Below are positions 19,848-29,563 of a DNA stretch of 64,000 nucleotides, piece after piece (positions within the stretch are counted from its first letter, which is position 1; the number at the start of each line of letters is the position of its first letter). A program made the position numbers and the translations under genes. Source of the stretch: Deltaproteobacteria bacterium (GTDB lineage Bacteria; Myxococcota_A; Polyangia; Haliangiales; JADYYK01); contig JADYYK010000079.1 in the NCBI GenBank assembly GCA_020853705.1, positions 18,572-82,571 of the forward strand. The letters run 5' to 3'. The notes below the pieces were generated by a model that was not told the origin of the DNA, did not search any database, and saw only the letters and a program-made list of their open reading frames with translations.

Positions 19848-22613
19848 ATGGCGATCTCCGGCGCAGGCACCGTCTTCCTGGTCGACGGCTCGGGCTTCAT
19901 CTTCCGCGCGTTCCACGCGCTGCCATATCTGTCCAACCAGCGTGGCCTGCCCACCAACGCGCTGTACGGCTATCTGCAGATGCTGCTCAAGCTGACCAAG
20001 GACTACCGCCCCGACTACCTGGCGGTCGCCTTCGACGACAGAGAGCGCACCTTCCGCGACGAGGTCTTCCCCGAGTACAAGGCCAACCGCAAGGCGCCGC
20101 CCGACGATCTCATCCCGCAGTTCCCCTATTTTCGCCAGCTGGTCGAGGCCTTCAACATCCCGGCCCTCGGCGTGCCCGGCTTCGAGGCCGACGACGTCAT
20201 CGCGACCCTGACCCGGCGCGCCCGCGCCCAGGGGCTGCGCGTCGTCATCGTGTCGTCCGACAAGGACCTCATGCAGCTCATCGAGGATGACGGCAGCGTG
20301 GTCATGCTCGACACCCTGAAGGACAAGGTCTTCGGCAGCGCCGAGGTGTTCGAGAAGTTCGGTGTGCCCCCGCCCAAGGTGCTCGAGGTGCTGGCGCTGA
20401 TGGGCGACAGCTCCGACAACGTGCCGGGCGTCACCGGGATCGGGCCCAAGACCGCCGCCGAGCTCATCACCCGCTTCGGCGACGTCGAAGGTGTCCTCAG
20501 CCACGCCGCCGAGCTGACCGGCAAGAAGCGCGAGACCCTGCTGGCCGAGGCCGACGCCGCGCGGCTGTCACGCAAGCTGGTCGCGCTGGCCGAGGACGCG
20601 CCGGTGCCCGAGATCGACACCCTGCGCCGCGCCAGCCCCGACCTCGCCAAGCTGGAGCCGCTGCTGCGCGAGCTCGACTTCACCAAGCACCTCAAGGAGC
20701 TGGCCCCGCGCGTCGAGCTCGACCGCAAGCGCTACCGCCTGGTGGCCACCGCCGCCGCGCTGGAGGCGCTGGTCGCCGAGCTCGGCGCCGCGCCCAGCCT
20801 CGCGGTCGACGTGCTGTCCGACGGCCCCGGCCCGCTGCTGTCGATCGGCCCTGGCGGCCCTGGCCACCCTGGCGTGGTCGGCCTCGCGCTGGCCGCCCCC
20901 GGTGTGGCCGCCGCCTATGTGCCGCTGGGCCACCAGCGCGGCGCGCCCGCCGATCTGTTCAGCCCCGCCGCCGCGCCGAGCCAGCCCAGCGCGGCCGACG
21001 TCGCGCGCCTCGTCGGCCCGCTGCTGGCCGACGCCAGGCGCCCCAAGATCGCGCACGACGTCAAGCGGCTGTCCCAGGCCGCGGCGGCCCTCGGCGTCAC
21101 CCTGGCCGGGCCGCGCCACGATCCCATGATCGCGTCGTACCTGTGCGACGCCTCGCGCACCAGCCACGAGCTGCCCGAACTCGCGCTGGGCCTGCTGCAG
21201 CACGCCATGCTCCCGCGCGAGCAGGTCACCGGCAAGGGCAAGGCCGAGCAGCCGCTCAGCGCGGCGACCCCCGAGGCGGCCATGCCGCACGCCGCCGAGC
21301 GCGCCGACGCCGCCCTGGCGCTGGGCCTGCGCCTGGCCGAGGAGATCGCGCGCGACCCCGACCTGGCGCGCCTGGAGCGCGACGTCGAGCTGCCGCTGGC
21401 CGAGGTGCTGGCGCGCGTCGAGCTGCACGGCATTCGCCTCGACATCGGCGTGCTCGAGGGGCTCGGCGCCGCGATGGACAAGGAGATCGTCGAGCTGCAG
21501 GCGGTGCTCGACGCCGCCGCCGGCCACCCCCTCAACGTCGGCTCGCCCAAGCAGCTGCAGGACTTCCTCTTCAACACCCTGGGGCTCGAGCCCGACAAGA
21601 AGCGCAAGATCAAGACCGGCTTCTCGACCGACGCCAACACCTTGAAGGAGCTGGCGCCCGACAACCCTGTGGTGGGCAAGATCCTCGAGCACCGCGCGCT
21701 GAGCAAGCTCAAGAGCACCTACATCGAGATCCTGCCGCGCCTGGTCGATCGCGCCAGCGGCCGCGTGCACACCGTGTTCAACCAGGCCGTGGCCGCCACC
21801 GGCCGGCTGTCGTCGGAGTCGCCCAACCTCCAGAACATCCCCATCCGCACCGAGCTGGGCCGGTCGATCCGGCGCGCCTTCGTGGCCGACCCGGGAAATC
21901 TGCTGGTGTCGGCCGACTACTCGCAGATCGAGCTGCGCGTGGTCGCGCACCTGGCGTCCGACGCCGCCCTGATCGCCGCCTTCAACGACGCCCGCGGGAT
22001 CGACGTGCACACGCGCACCGCCGCCGAGGTCTTCCAGGTCGCCGAGGCTGCGGTGACCGGCCAGCAAAGGCGGATCGCCAAGGCGGTCAACTATGCCGTC
22101 ATGTACGGCCAGAGCGACTTCGGCCTGGCCCAGGTCATCGGCGTCGAGCGCGCCGAGGCGCGGCGCTACATCGAGCGCTACTTCGAGACCTTCTCCGGCG
22201 TGCGCGACTACATGCAGCGCGTCATCGCCGAGGCGCGCGACTCTGGCGTGTCGACCACGCTGCTGGGGCGCCGCCGCCCGCTGCCCGATCTGCGCTCGCC
22301 CAACTTCCAGGCCCGCTCGGCCGCCGAGCGCATGGCGCGCAACACGCCGATCCAGGGCAGCGCCGCCGACATCCTCAAGCTGGCCATGATCGCGATGCAG
22401 CGCCGCCTCGACGCCGAGACCGGCGCGAGCGGGGCGCTGGCCGGGGCGCGCATGCTGCTGACGGTGCACGACGAGCTGGTGTTCGAGGTCCCGGCCGCGC
22501 GCGCCGACGCCCTGGTGGCGGCCGCCCGCGAGGAGATGTCCGGGGTCGTGAAGCTGGCGGTGCCGCTGGCGGTCGACGCCGCCAAGGGCCCGACCTGGGC
22601 CGACGTGCACTGA
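19848..22613 (+). CDS. polA: DNA polymerase I
   Basis: 5'-3' exonuclease N-terminus (FLVDGSGFIFRAFHALP). Pol A motifs DYSQIELR, RRIAKAVNYAVMYGQS, LLTVHDELVFE. 921 aa. Confidence 0.97.
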   Translation: MAISGAGTVFLVDGSGFIFRAFHALPYLSNQRGLPTNALYGYLQMLLKLTKDYRPDYLAVAFDDRERTFRDEVFPEYKANRKAPPDDLIPQFPYFRQLVEAFNIPALGVPGFEADDVIATLTRRARAQGLRVVIVSSDKDLMQLIEDDGSVVMLDTLKDKVFGSAEVFEKFGVPPPKVLEVLALMGDSSDNVPGVTGIGPKTAAELITRFGDVEGVLSHAAELTGKKRETLLAEADAARLSRKLVALAEDAPVPEIDTLRRASPDLAKLEPLLRELDFTKHLKELAPRVELDRKRYRLVATAAALEALVAELGAAPSLAVDVLSDGPGPLLSIGPGGPGHPGVVGLALAAPGVAAAYVPLGHQRGAPADLFSPAAAPSQPSAADVARLVGPLLADARRPKIAHDVKRLSQAAAALGVTLAGPRHDPMIASYLCDASRTSHELPELALGLLQHAMLPREQVTGKGKAEQPLSAATPEAAMPHAAERADAALALGLRLAEEIARDPDLARLERDVELPLAEVLARVELHGIRLDIGVLEGLGAAMDKEIVELQAVLDAAAGHPLNVGSPKQLQDFLFNTLGLEPDKKRKIKTGFSTDANTLKELAPDNPVVGKILEHRALSKLKSTYIEILPRLVDRASGRVHTVFNQAVAATGRLSSESPNLQNIPIRTELGRSIRRAFVADPGNLLVSADYSQIELRVVAHLASDAALIAAFNDARGIDVHTRTAAEVFQVAEAAVTGQQRRIAKAVNYAVMYGQSDFGLAQVIGVERAEARRYIERYFETFSGVRDYMQRVIAEARDSGVSTTLLGRRRPLPDLRSPNFQARSAAERMARNTPIQGSAADILKLAMIAMQRRLDAETGASGALAGARMLLTVHDELVFEVPAARADALVAAAREEMSGVVKLAVPLAVDAAKGPTWADVH

Positions 22614-22668
22614 CCCCCTCGAAGCGAAGCTTCGAGGAGGTCATCCGTCTCCGTTCCGTTCCGCCTCC
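22614..22668 (-). repeat. REP-like intergenic element, copy B (inverted relative to copy A)
   Basis: Hairpin CCTCGAAGC-gaa-GCTTCGAGG (22618-22638) followed by TCCGTCTCCGTTCCG, the reverse complement of the copy A box. Lies directly after the polA stop. Confidence 0.65.
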
Positions 22669-22699
22669 GCTTGCCGCGCGGCCCCATTCGTGATGACGT

Positions 22700-24562
22700 G
22701 TGGACGGGGTGTCCTCGAATCCGCAAACCCGCACGCTGGAGGGGCTGCAGAGCGCGCTGCAGGCCCTGACCACGCGTCTGCGCACCGAGGAGAAGAAGTT
22801 CCACCTGGTGCAGGAGATCGCGCGCGCGCTGTCATCGACGCTGGATCTGGATCGGCTGCTGTCGCTGATCATGGACAAGATCACGGTGCTGATGGACGCC
22901 GAGCGCTCGACGCTGTACCTGTTCACGCCCGACGGGCGCGAGCTGTGGTCCAAGATCACGGGCAGCCTGTCGATGGAGATCCGGCTCGGCCTCGGTGAGG
23001 GGATCGCGGGCTGGGTGGCGGCCTCGGGCGAGGTGGTCAACATCCCGGACGCCTACCAGGACGCCCGCTTCAACGCCGACTTCGATCGCCAGTCGGGCTA
23101 TCGCACGCGGTCGATCCTGTGCATGCCGATGGTCAACAACCTGGGCTCGACCATCGGGGTCATCCAGGTGCTCAACAAGCGCGGCGGGCCCTTCACGCGC
23201 GAGGACGAGACCCTGCTGGCCGCGATGGCGTCGCAGGCCGCGGTCTCCATCGACAACTCCAAGCTGTACCACTCGGTGGTCGAGAAGAACCTCGAGCTGG
23301 AGGAGACCCACCGCCAGCTGGCGCAGAAGACCGAGGACCTCAACCTGCTGTTCGAGATCGAGGCGGAGATGAACGCCGCGCTGGATCTCGACGGGCTGCT
23401 CGACCGCCTGCTCAAGCGCGCCATGGAGCTGGTGGCGGCGCACGCGGGGTCGATCTTGCTGCGCGAGCGCTCGACGTCGGATCTGTACTTCCGCTCGGTC
23501 GCCGGCGCGGCGGGCGAGTTTCTCAAGCGCATGCGGCTGCCGGTGGGCGAGGGCATCGCGGGCTGGGTGGCCAAGGAGCGCCGCCCGCTGATCGTCAATG
23601 ATCCACCCAGCGATCCGCGCCACAAGGCGGCCCTGGCGCTGCGCATCGGCTACCAGCCGCGCAGCATCATCTGTGTGCCGCTGAACGCCGACGAGGGCGA
23701 GGTCCTGGGCGTGATCGAGCTGCTCGACGCCGCCAACCCGGACGGCTTCACCGAGGGGGACCTCAAGCTGCTCGGCCTCATCGCGGGGCAGGCCTCGAAG
23801 GCCATCCAGCTGGCGCGCGCCAAGGAAGAGCGCCAGCGCGAGGAGCGCCTGGCGTCGATCGGCCAGATGCTGTCGGGCGTGCTGCACGATCTGAAGACGC
23901 CGATGACCATCGTGTCGGGCTATGCGCAGATCATGGCGCAGACCGACGATGGCGAGGAGCGCGCCGGCTACGTCGAGCAGATCCTGCGCCAGTTCGAGCA
24001 CATGAGCGCGATGACGCGCGAGGTGCTGGCGTTCGCGCGCGGCGAGTCCAACGTCCTCATCCGCAAGGTCTACCTGCACCAGTTCCTGGAGGACGTGCGC
24101 TCGTACCTGACCTACGCCTTCGCCGACAAGAAGATCGAGCTCGTCATCGACGCGCGCGAGACCGGGGTGGCCTACTTCGACGAGCTGAAGTTCCTGCGCG
24201 TGGTGCACAACCTGGCGCGCAACGCCGCGCAGGCCATGCAGCCCGGCGGCAAGTTCACCATGGGCATCGCCAAGGTCGGCAGCGAGCTGGAGTTCCAGTT
24301 CAGCGACACCGGCCCCGGCATCCCGCCCGAGATGGAGGGCCGCCTGTTCGAGCTGTTCGCGACCAGCGGCAAGAAGGAAGGCACCGGCCTGGGCCTCGCC
24401 ATCGTGAAGAAGATCGTGGACGAGCACCACGGGACGATCACGTACAAGTCGGTGCCGGGCGAGGGCACCACCTTCACCATCCGCATGCCGGCGGAGCGGC
24501 AGCCCGGCGTGCGCGACACCGGCCAGGTGCCGGCGTTCCGCGAGGCACGCAAGACCGGCTGA
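22700..24562 (+). CDS. cytoplasmic sensor histidine kinase with two GAF domains
   Basis: Two GAF-like blocks (ERSTLYLF...GIAGWVA; GSILLRE...GIAGWVA). H-box HDLKTPMT, N-box NLARNAAQA, G-boxes DTGPGI / GTGLGLAI. GTG start is uncertain. Confidence 0.9.
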   Translation: MDGVSSNPQTRTLEGLQSALQALTTRLRTEEKKFHLVQEIARALSSTLDLDRLLSLIMDKITVLMDAERSTLYLFTPDGRELWSKITGSLSMEIRLGLGEGIAGWVAASGEVVNIPDAYQDARFNADFDRQSGYRTRSILCMPMVNNLGSTIGVIQVLNKRGGPFTREDETLLAAMASQAAVSIDNSKLYHSVVEKNLELEETHRQLAQKTEDLNLLFEIEAEMNAALDLDGLLDRLLKRAMELVAAHAGSILLRERSTSDLYFRSVAGAAGEFLKRMRLPVGEGIAGWVAKERRPLIVNDPPSDPRHKAALALRIGYQPRSIICVPLNADEGEVLGVIELLDAANPDGFTEGDLKLLGLIAGQASKAIQLARAKEERQREERLASIGQMLSGVLHDLKTPMTIVSGYAQIMAQTDDGEERAGYVEQILRQFEHMSAMTREVLAFARGESNVLIRKVYLHQFLEDVRSYLTYAFADKKIELVIDARETGVAYFDELKFLRVVHNLARNAAQAMQPGGKFTMGIAKVGSELEFQFSDTGPGIPPEMEGRLFELFATSGKKEGTGLGLAIVKKIVDEHHGTITYKSVPGEGTTFTIRMPAERQPGVRDTGQVPAFREARKTG

Positions 24563-27500
24563 TGGACGCGGGCGCCGGCGGGGACCCGGCCGTGCTGACG
24601 GCGCGGGGGCTGTGCAAGCGGTTTGCGGGGCGGACGGCGGTCGATGGCCTCAGCCTGTCGGTGGCGCCCGGCGAGGTGGTCGGCCTGCTGGGGCCCAACG
24701 GGGCCGGCAAGTCGACCACGCTGCGCATGCTGGCGGGCTGGCTGCGCCCGGACGCTGGCGTGGTCGAGCTCGGGGGGCGTCCGGTGGAGCACGTGGCGAC
24801 GCGGGCCGCGCTGGGCGTGCTGGTGGAGAGCTCGGCGTTGCCCGCGGAGCTGCGCGTGGCCGAGTATCTGGGGCTGCGCGCGCGGCTCAAGGGGGTGGCG
24901 GCGGCCGGGGTGGCGGAGGCGGCGCGGGCGGCGGGCGTGGAGGGCGTGCTGCGCCGGCTGTGCGGCGAGCTGTCGCGCGGCATGCGGCAGCGGGTGGGGA
25001 TCGCGGAGGCGCTGCTGGGGCAGCCGGCGCTGCTGCTGCTGGACGAGCCGACGGCGGGGCTCGACCCGACCCAGGTGGCCGAGATGCGCAAGCTGCTGGG
25101 CGAGCTTTCGCAGGGCAGGGCAGTGGTGCTGTCGACGCACGCGCTGGCGGAGGCCGAGGCGCTGTGCACCCGCCTGCTGGTGATGAGCGGGGGCCGGCTG
25201 GTCGCGAACGCGACGGCGGCGGAGCTGGTGCAGCGCTTCGGCAGTGTGGCGCAGGCTTTCGAGGCGCTGACTGGCGCGGCGAGCACGAGCACGAGCACGG
25301 CCGCGAGCACGAGCACGAGCACGAGACCGCGGGCGGTGCGGCAGCTGGGGGCGCTGTATCGGCGCGAGCTCTTGTCGACCTTCGTGTCGCCGCTGGCGTA
25401 TGGCGTCGGCGCGCTGTTCCTTGTCGCACAGGGCATCGCGTTCTTCACGCTGGTGCGCGCGCTGGCCGACCCGGCGGCGCCGGCGGCGTATGGCGCGGTG
25501 CTGCGCCGCTTCTTTGGTGGCGGGGCGCTGTACTGGGCCTTCGCGCTCAACCTGCCCGCGCTGCTGACCATGCGCCTGGTCGCCGAGGAGCGTCGTGAGG
25601 GCACCCTGGAGGTCGCGCTGACCGCGCCGTGTGCGCCCGGCCTGGTCATCCTCGGCAAGTTCCTGGCCGCTTTCACCTTCTACCTGCTGCTCTGGCTGCC
25701 GACGCTGGTGTATCCGATCGTGCTGGCGCGCTACGCGCCGCCCGGGACCAGCCTCGACCTCGGCCCGGTGGCGACGGCCTACCTCGGCGTCGCCGTCTCG
25801 GGCGCCGCCTTCCTGGCCATCGGCGTGCTGGCCTCGTCGCTGACCCGTCACCAGCTGCTGGCCGCCGCGCTGACCTATGTCGGCCTGGCCGCGCTGCTGG
25901 TGCTGGGCAGCCTGCCCGAGCTCGATCGCCTGACCGGGGCAGCTGGCTTCGCGGCCACGCGCCCGGCCCTGACCCGGGTGCTGGCCTACCTCGATCTGCG
26001 CCGCCACCTCGACGACTTCGCGCGCGGCATCCTGGACTCGCGCTGGCTGGTCCTGTACGCGACCACCTGCGTCGGCGCGCTGTGGGGCGCCACCCAGGCC
26101 GTCATCCGCAAGGAGCGCGGCCGAGGCGCCGTGCGCCGGGGCGCGCTACCCGCGGCGGTCGCGCTCGCGCTGCTGGCGCTGGTGCTCGCGAATACGCTGG
26201 CGGCTCGCCACCCGCGGCGCGGCGACGCCACCAGCGCGCGGATCTACACGCTGTCACCGCGCAGCGTCGCGGTCGCGCGCGAGCTGCCCGCGCCGGTCTC
26301 GATCGTCGTGCTCGAGGGGCTGCCCGCTCTGTCCGAGCTCTACGACGACATCGACGAGCTGCTGGAGCGGCTGGCGCACGCCTCGCGCGGCCGCATCACC
26401 GTGGTCCACATAGACCCCATCGACGATCCGCGCCGCCTGGCCGAGCTGGCCGCGCGCCACGGCTTCCTGCCCGCCGATCTCGAGCGCGGCGGCGCCATCC
26501 TGGTCGAGTCGAGCGGCCGCACCCGCGCCCTCGGCCTGTCCGAGCTGGTCGAGCTCGGGCAGGACTCGACTGGCGCCGGCGTGGTGACCGCCTTCCGCGC
26601 CGAGGCCGCGCTGCTCGGCGCCATCCTCGACGTCACCAGCAAGTCGCGCCCGCGCATCTGTGCCAGCACTGGCCACGGCGAGCGCCCCCTCGTCGCGGAC
26701 CCAGGGACCCCGAACCCGAGCCCGAGCACGAACCCAGGCCCCAGCGACGCCGTCATTGCCCCGGTGGGCGACTCCGATCCCAGCGCCGCGCCCGCTGGCG
26801 AGGACTGGCTCGTCCTCGCGGACCGGCTGCGTGAGCACGGCTTCGACCTGGCGCCCACCGCGCTGCTCCCGAGCATCCCGAGTTCATGCAGCGCCCTGGT
26901 CATCGCCGGCCCCACGACCGCGCTGTCCACCGAGGAGGCCAACCAGCTCGGGGCCTGGCTCGACCACGGTGGCCGCGCCCTCATCGCGGTGGGCAGCGAC
27001 TCACCGGCGACCGGGCCCGGGGCAGGCGCCGGGTTCGCCGCGACCGGTCTCGAGGGGTTGACCGAGCGCCGGGGCATCGCGCTCGGCGAGCGGATCGCCC
27101 TCGACCCTGGGGATCCGCTGGGCAGCCCGCGTCGCTTCCGTCTGCTCGGCGGTCGCGGCGCGCACCCCGCCAGCCGCGCCTTTCGCGGCCGGCGGCCCAC
27201 GGTCTGGGACCGCCCTCGCGAGCTGCGCCTGGTCGACCTCGACGGCGTCACCAGCGCCGTGCTGATGGCCACCTCCAGCGCGGGCTGGGCCGAGTCCGAT
27301 CGCGAGTCTGTGCTCGGCCTGGCGACGCCTGGCTTCGACCCCGAGGCCGGTGACGGCGCCGGCCCGGTCCCGTTCGCCGCCGCCGCCGAGCTGTCGGGGG
27401 GGGGCCGCCTCATCGTCCTCGGCGACCCCAGCGCCTTCGACACCCGCGTGCTGGCGGTCCCGGGCCGCTTCAACGACGACCTCGGCGTGGCCTGGCTGGC

Positions 27501-27672
27501 CTGGCTGACCGACCGCGGCACGCTGGTCGCCGCCGGCCCGCGCGCGCCCGAGCAGCTCCGCCTGGTGATGGCGCCGTCAGAGGTCCGCGGCGTGCTGTGG
27601 GCCACCGTGCTCGCGCTGCCGCTGGCGCTCCTCGCCATCGGCGCGCTGGTGATCCGGCGCCGGCGCAGATGA
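24562..27672 (+). CDS. fused ABC transporter: ATP-binding domain + ABC-2 (GldF-like) permease + GldG-like auxiliary domain, 1036 aa
   Basis: Walker A GPNGAGKST, signature LSRGMRQRV, Walker B LLLLDEPTAGLD. (ST)n linker. About 6 hydrophobic helices. Then a large extracytoplasmic domain with a terminal TM (VLWATVLALPLALLAIGALVI). One uninterrupted frame. Confidence 0.85.
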   Translation: MDAGAGGDPAVLTARGLCKRFAGRTAVDGLSLSVAPGEVVGLLGPNGAGKSTTLRMLAGWLRPDAGVVELGGRPVEHVATRAALGVLVESSALPAELRVAEYLGLRARLKGVAAAGVAEAARAAGVEGVLRRLCGELSRGMRQRVGIAEALLGQPALLLLDEPTAGLDPTQVAEMRKLLGELSQGRAVVLSTHALAEAEALCTRLLVMSGGRLVANATAAELVQRFGSVAQAFEALTGAASTSTSTAASTSTSTRPRAVRQLGALYRRELLSTFVSPLAYGVGALFLVAQGIAFFTLVRALADPAAPAAYGAVLRRFFGGGALYWAFALNLPALLTMRLVAEERREGTLEVALTAPCAPGLVILGKFLAAFTFYLLLWLPTLVYPIVLARYAPPGTSLDLGPVATAYLGVAVSGAAFLAIGVLASSLTRHQLLAAALTYVGLAALLVLGSLPELDRLTGAAGFAATRPALTRVLAYLDLRRHLDDFARGILDSRWLVLYATTCVGALWGATQAVIRKERGRGAVRRGALPAAVALALLALVLANTLAARHPRRGDATSARIYTLSPRSVAVARELPAPVSIVVLEGLPALSELYDDIDELLERLAHASRGRITVVHIDPIDDPRRLAELAARHGFLPADLERGGAILVESSGRTRALGLSELVELGQDSTGAGVVTAFRAEAALLGAILDVTSKSRPRICASTGHGERPLVADPGTPNPSPSTNPGPSDAVIAPVGDSDPSAAPAGEDWLVLADRLREHGFDLAPTALLPSIPSSCSALVIAGPTTALSTEEANQLGAWLDHGGRALIAVGSDSPATGPGAGAGFAATGLEGLTERRGIALGERIALDPGDPLGSPRRFRLLGGRGAHPASRAFRGRRPTVWDRPRELRLVDLDGVTSAVLMATSSAGWAESDRESVLGLATPGFDPEAGDGAGPVPFAAAAELSGGGRLIVLGDPSAFDTRVLAVPGRFNDDLGVAWLAWLTDRGTLVAAGPRAPEQLRLVMAPSEVRGVLWATVLALPLALLAIGALVIRRRRR
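25282..25323 (+). repeat. (AGCACG)3-GCCGCG-(AGCACG)3 repeat at the ATPase/permease domain junction
   Basis: Encodes STSTSTAASTSTST exactly where separate ATPase and permease genes would normally abut. Confidence 0.9.
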
Positions 27673-29495
27673 GCCGCGCGGCTCCCCACGCTGCCTCTGT
27701 CGCGCCTGCGCAGGCGCTGCGCGGCGCCGGCCACGGGCTGCGTCGCCTGGTCCTCCTCGGGATGCTCGACGTCCTCCTGCTGGTCGCGCTGTTGCTCTGG
27801 CCGGCGGCGCGCGCGCCCGGGTCGGGCCTGATCTTCCCGCGGTCCGCCGCCGATCCCGGGGCCGTCGTCGAGCTGCGCCGCCCCGGCGAGGCCGCCCTGG
27901 TCCTGACCGGGCTGGCGCAGCGCCCGACCATCACGCTGGTCGGCGCAGGCCAGCAGGCCACGCCCGCGCCGCTGGCCGCCGACGCCGAGCGCGCGCTGCG
28001 CGCCGCCCTCAGCGCGCTCGAGCCGCGCCGCCGCCTGCGCGCCGCCCGCCCCGAGTATGGCCTCACGCCGCCCGCCGCCGAGCTGGTCGTGCGCAGCAGC
28101 GCTCGCGCGCCAGCGGTCAGCCTCGCGCTCGGCAACCTGACGCCGCTAGGCGACGGTCGCTACGCGCGCGATCGCCTCGGCGTCCTGGTGGTCGACCGCG
28201 AGCTGTCCGACGCCTTCCTGATCCCGCTCGCGCGCCTGCGCGACGCCCGCATCTTCGCCCTCGATCCCGCGCAGCCCCTGGCCGTCACGGTGTCGGCGCC
28301 GTCGCAACAGCTGGTCCTCGAGCGCGCCCCCGACGGTCGCACCTGGGTGACCGCGCCGCCGCTGGGTCGTCAGCGCGCCGCCCCGGACGCCGCCACCCGC
28401 CTGCTCGCGGTGCTGTCGCTGCTGGAGACCGCGCCCGACGCCACTCCACCCGTGGACGTCACCGGCGCCGCGACCCTCCTCAGCATCCAGACCGGCCCCC
28501 GCACCCTCGAGCTGCTCGACCTGCCATGCACCACGATCGATGGATTACATGCACACAGCACAATCAATCTAATCAACACAATGCCGCCCGCCCGGAGCAC
28601 CGCCTGTCTGCTCGGCGAGACCGCCCGTGCCCTGCGCGACCTCGCCGCCGCCGACTACAGCGACCCCGTCCTGCTCCCCGTCGCCGCAACCGAGGTCACC
28701 CGGGTCGAGCTCAGCGCGGGCCCCGACACCCTGGCCCTGCAGCGCAAAGGGGGTGGATTTTCCTGGCTGATCCCCGCACCCCCGTTCAGCCCCGACACGC
28801 CCGCCCTGGAGGCCTGGCTGACCGCCCTGGGCTCCGTCCAAGGCGCCTCCGTGGTCGCGGTGCCCAGCTCGACACCTCGCGCCCAGCTCGCGCTGACTCT
28901 GCGCTCCGGCGCCGTCCTCACGCTGCGGCTCCACACGCGTGCACCGAGCCTCGGTGCACGCGCGCGCGTGGGGGCGCGCGAGCGTCTGCTGGTGCAGCGC
29001 GACGATGAGGCCTTCGCACTCGACGTCGAGGGTGACGAGGCCTGGTTCGCGCCCGAGCCGCTGCGCTTCCGGGAGCGGCAGCTGCTGGCGGTCAACCCGA
29101 CCGACGTGCGCGGCGTGATACGGCGGCTGCGGGGCCGCAGCGAGACGCTGTCGCGGGCGCCCGGCGATGGCGGGCTCCGGCTCGACGGGGGACCGGCCGG
29201 GCAGGGCGCCGCCGCGCTGGTCGACGCGCTCGCCGGGCTGCGCGCGACCGGCTGGCTGCGCTGGCCGCGCGCTGGCGCTGGCGCCGCGCCGACACGACCG
29301 CACACGACCCTGGCCGAGCTCGAGGTCACCGTCGAGGAGCTGTCGCGGCACCAGCAGCTGACGCTGGCGCTGGGGCCGAGCAGCGCGGACGGCAGCTGCG
29401 TGGGCTGGTGGACCGGGCAGCGCGCGGACGACGCCGGCTTCACGCTGGCGCCCGAGGTGTGTGCCGTGTTGCTGGGGAAGCTGAGTGGGGAGTAG
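27669..29495 (+). CDS. N-terminally anchored hypothetical protein, DUF4340-like by context
   Basis: ATGA overlap with the ABC fusion stop. TM LVLLGMLDVLLLVALLLW. The position after GldG-type genes is typical for DUF4340 proteins. Assignment is contextual only. Confidence 0.6.
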   Translation: MSRAAPHAASVAPAQALRGAGHGLRRLVLLGMLDVLLLVALLLWPAARAPGSGLIFPRSAADPGAVVELRRPGEAALVLTGLAQRPTITLVGAGQQATPAPLAADAERALRAALSALEPRRRLRAARPEYGLTPPAAELVVRSSARAPAVSLALGNLTPLGDGRYARDRLGVLVVDRELSDAFLIPLARLRDARIFALDPAQPLAVTVSAPSQQLVLERAPDGRTWVTAPPLGRQRAAPDAATRLLAVLSLLETAPDATPPVDVTGAATLLSIQTGPRTLELLDLPCTTIDGLHAHSTINLINTMPPARSTACLLGETARALRDLAAADYSDPVLLPVAATEVTRVELSAGPDTLALQRKGGGFSWLIPAPPFSPDTPALEAWLTALGSVQGASVVAVPSSTPRAQLALTLRSGAVLTLRLHTRAPSLGARARVGARERLLVQRDDEAFALDVEGDEAWFAPEPLRFRERQLLAVNPTDVRGVIRRLRGRSETLSRAPGDGGLRLDGGPAGQGAAALVDALAGLRATGWLRWPRAGAGAAPTRPHTTLAELEVTVEELSRHQQLTLALGPSSADGSCVGWWTGQRADDAGFTLAPEVCAVLLGKLSGE

Positions 29496-29539
29496 CGGGT
29501 GCGAGGGAAGGGCGAGGGCAGCGCGACCGGAAACCACGA

Positions 29540-29556
29540 CCCGCGGTGACCGCGGG
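29540..29556. terminator. short GC hairpin between convergent genes
   Basis: CCCGCGG-tga-CCGCGGG between stops at 29495 (+) and 29564 (-). No U-tract. Confidence 0.3.
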
Positions 29557-29563
29557 GCGAGCT

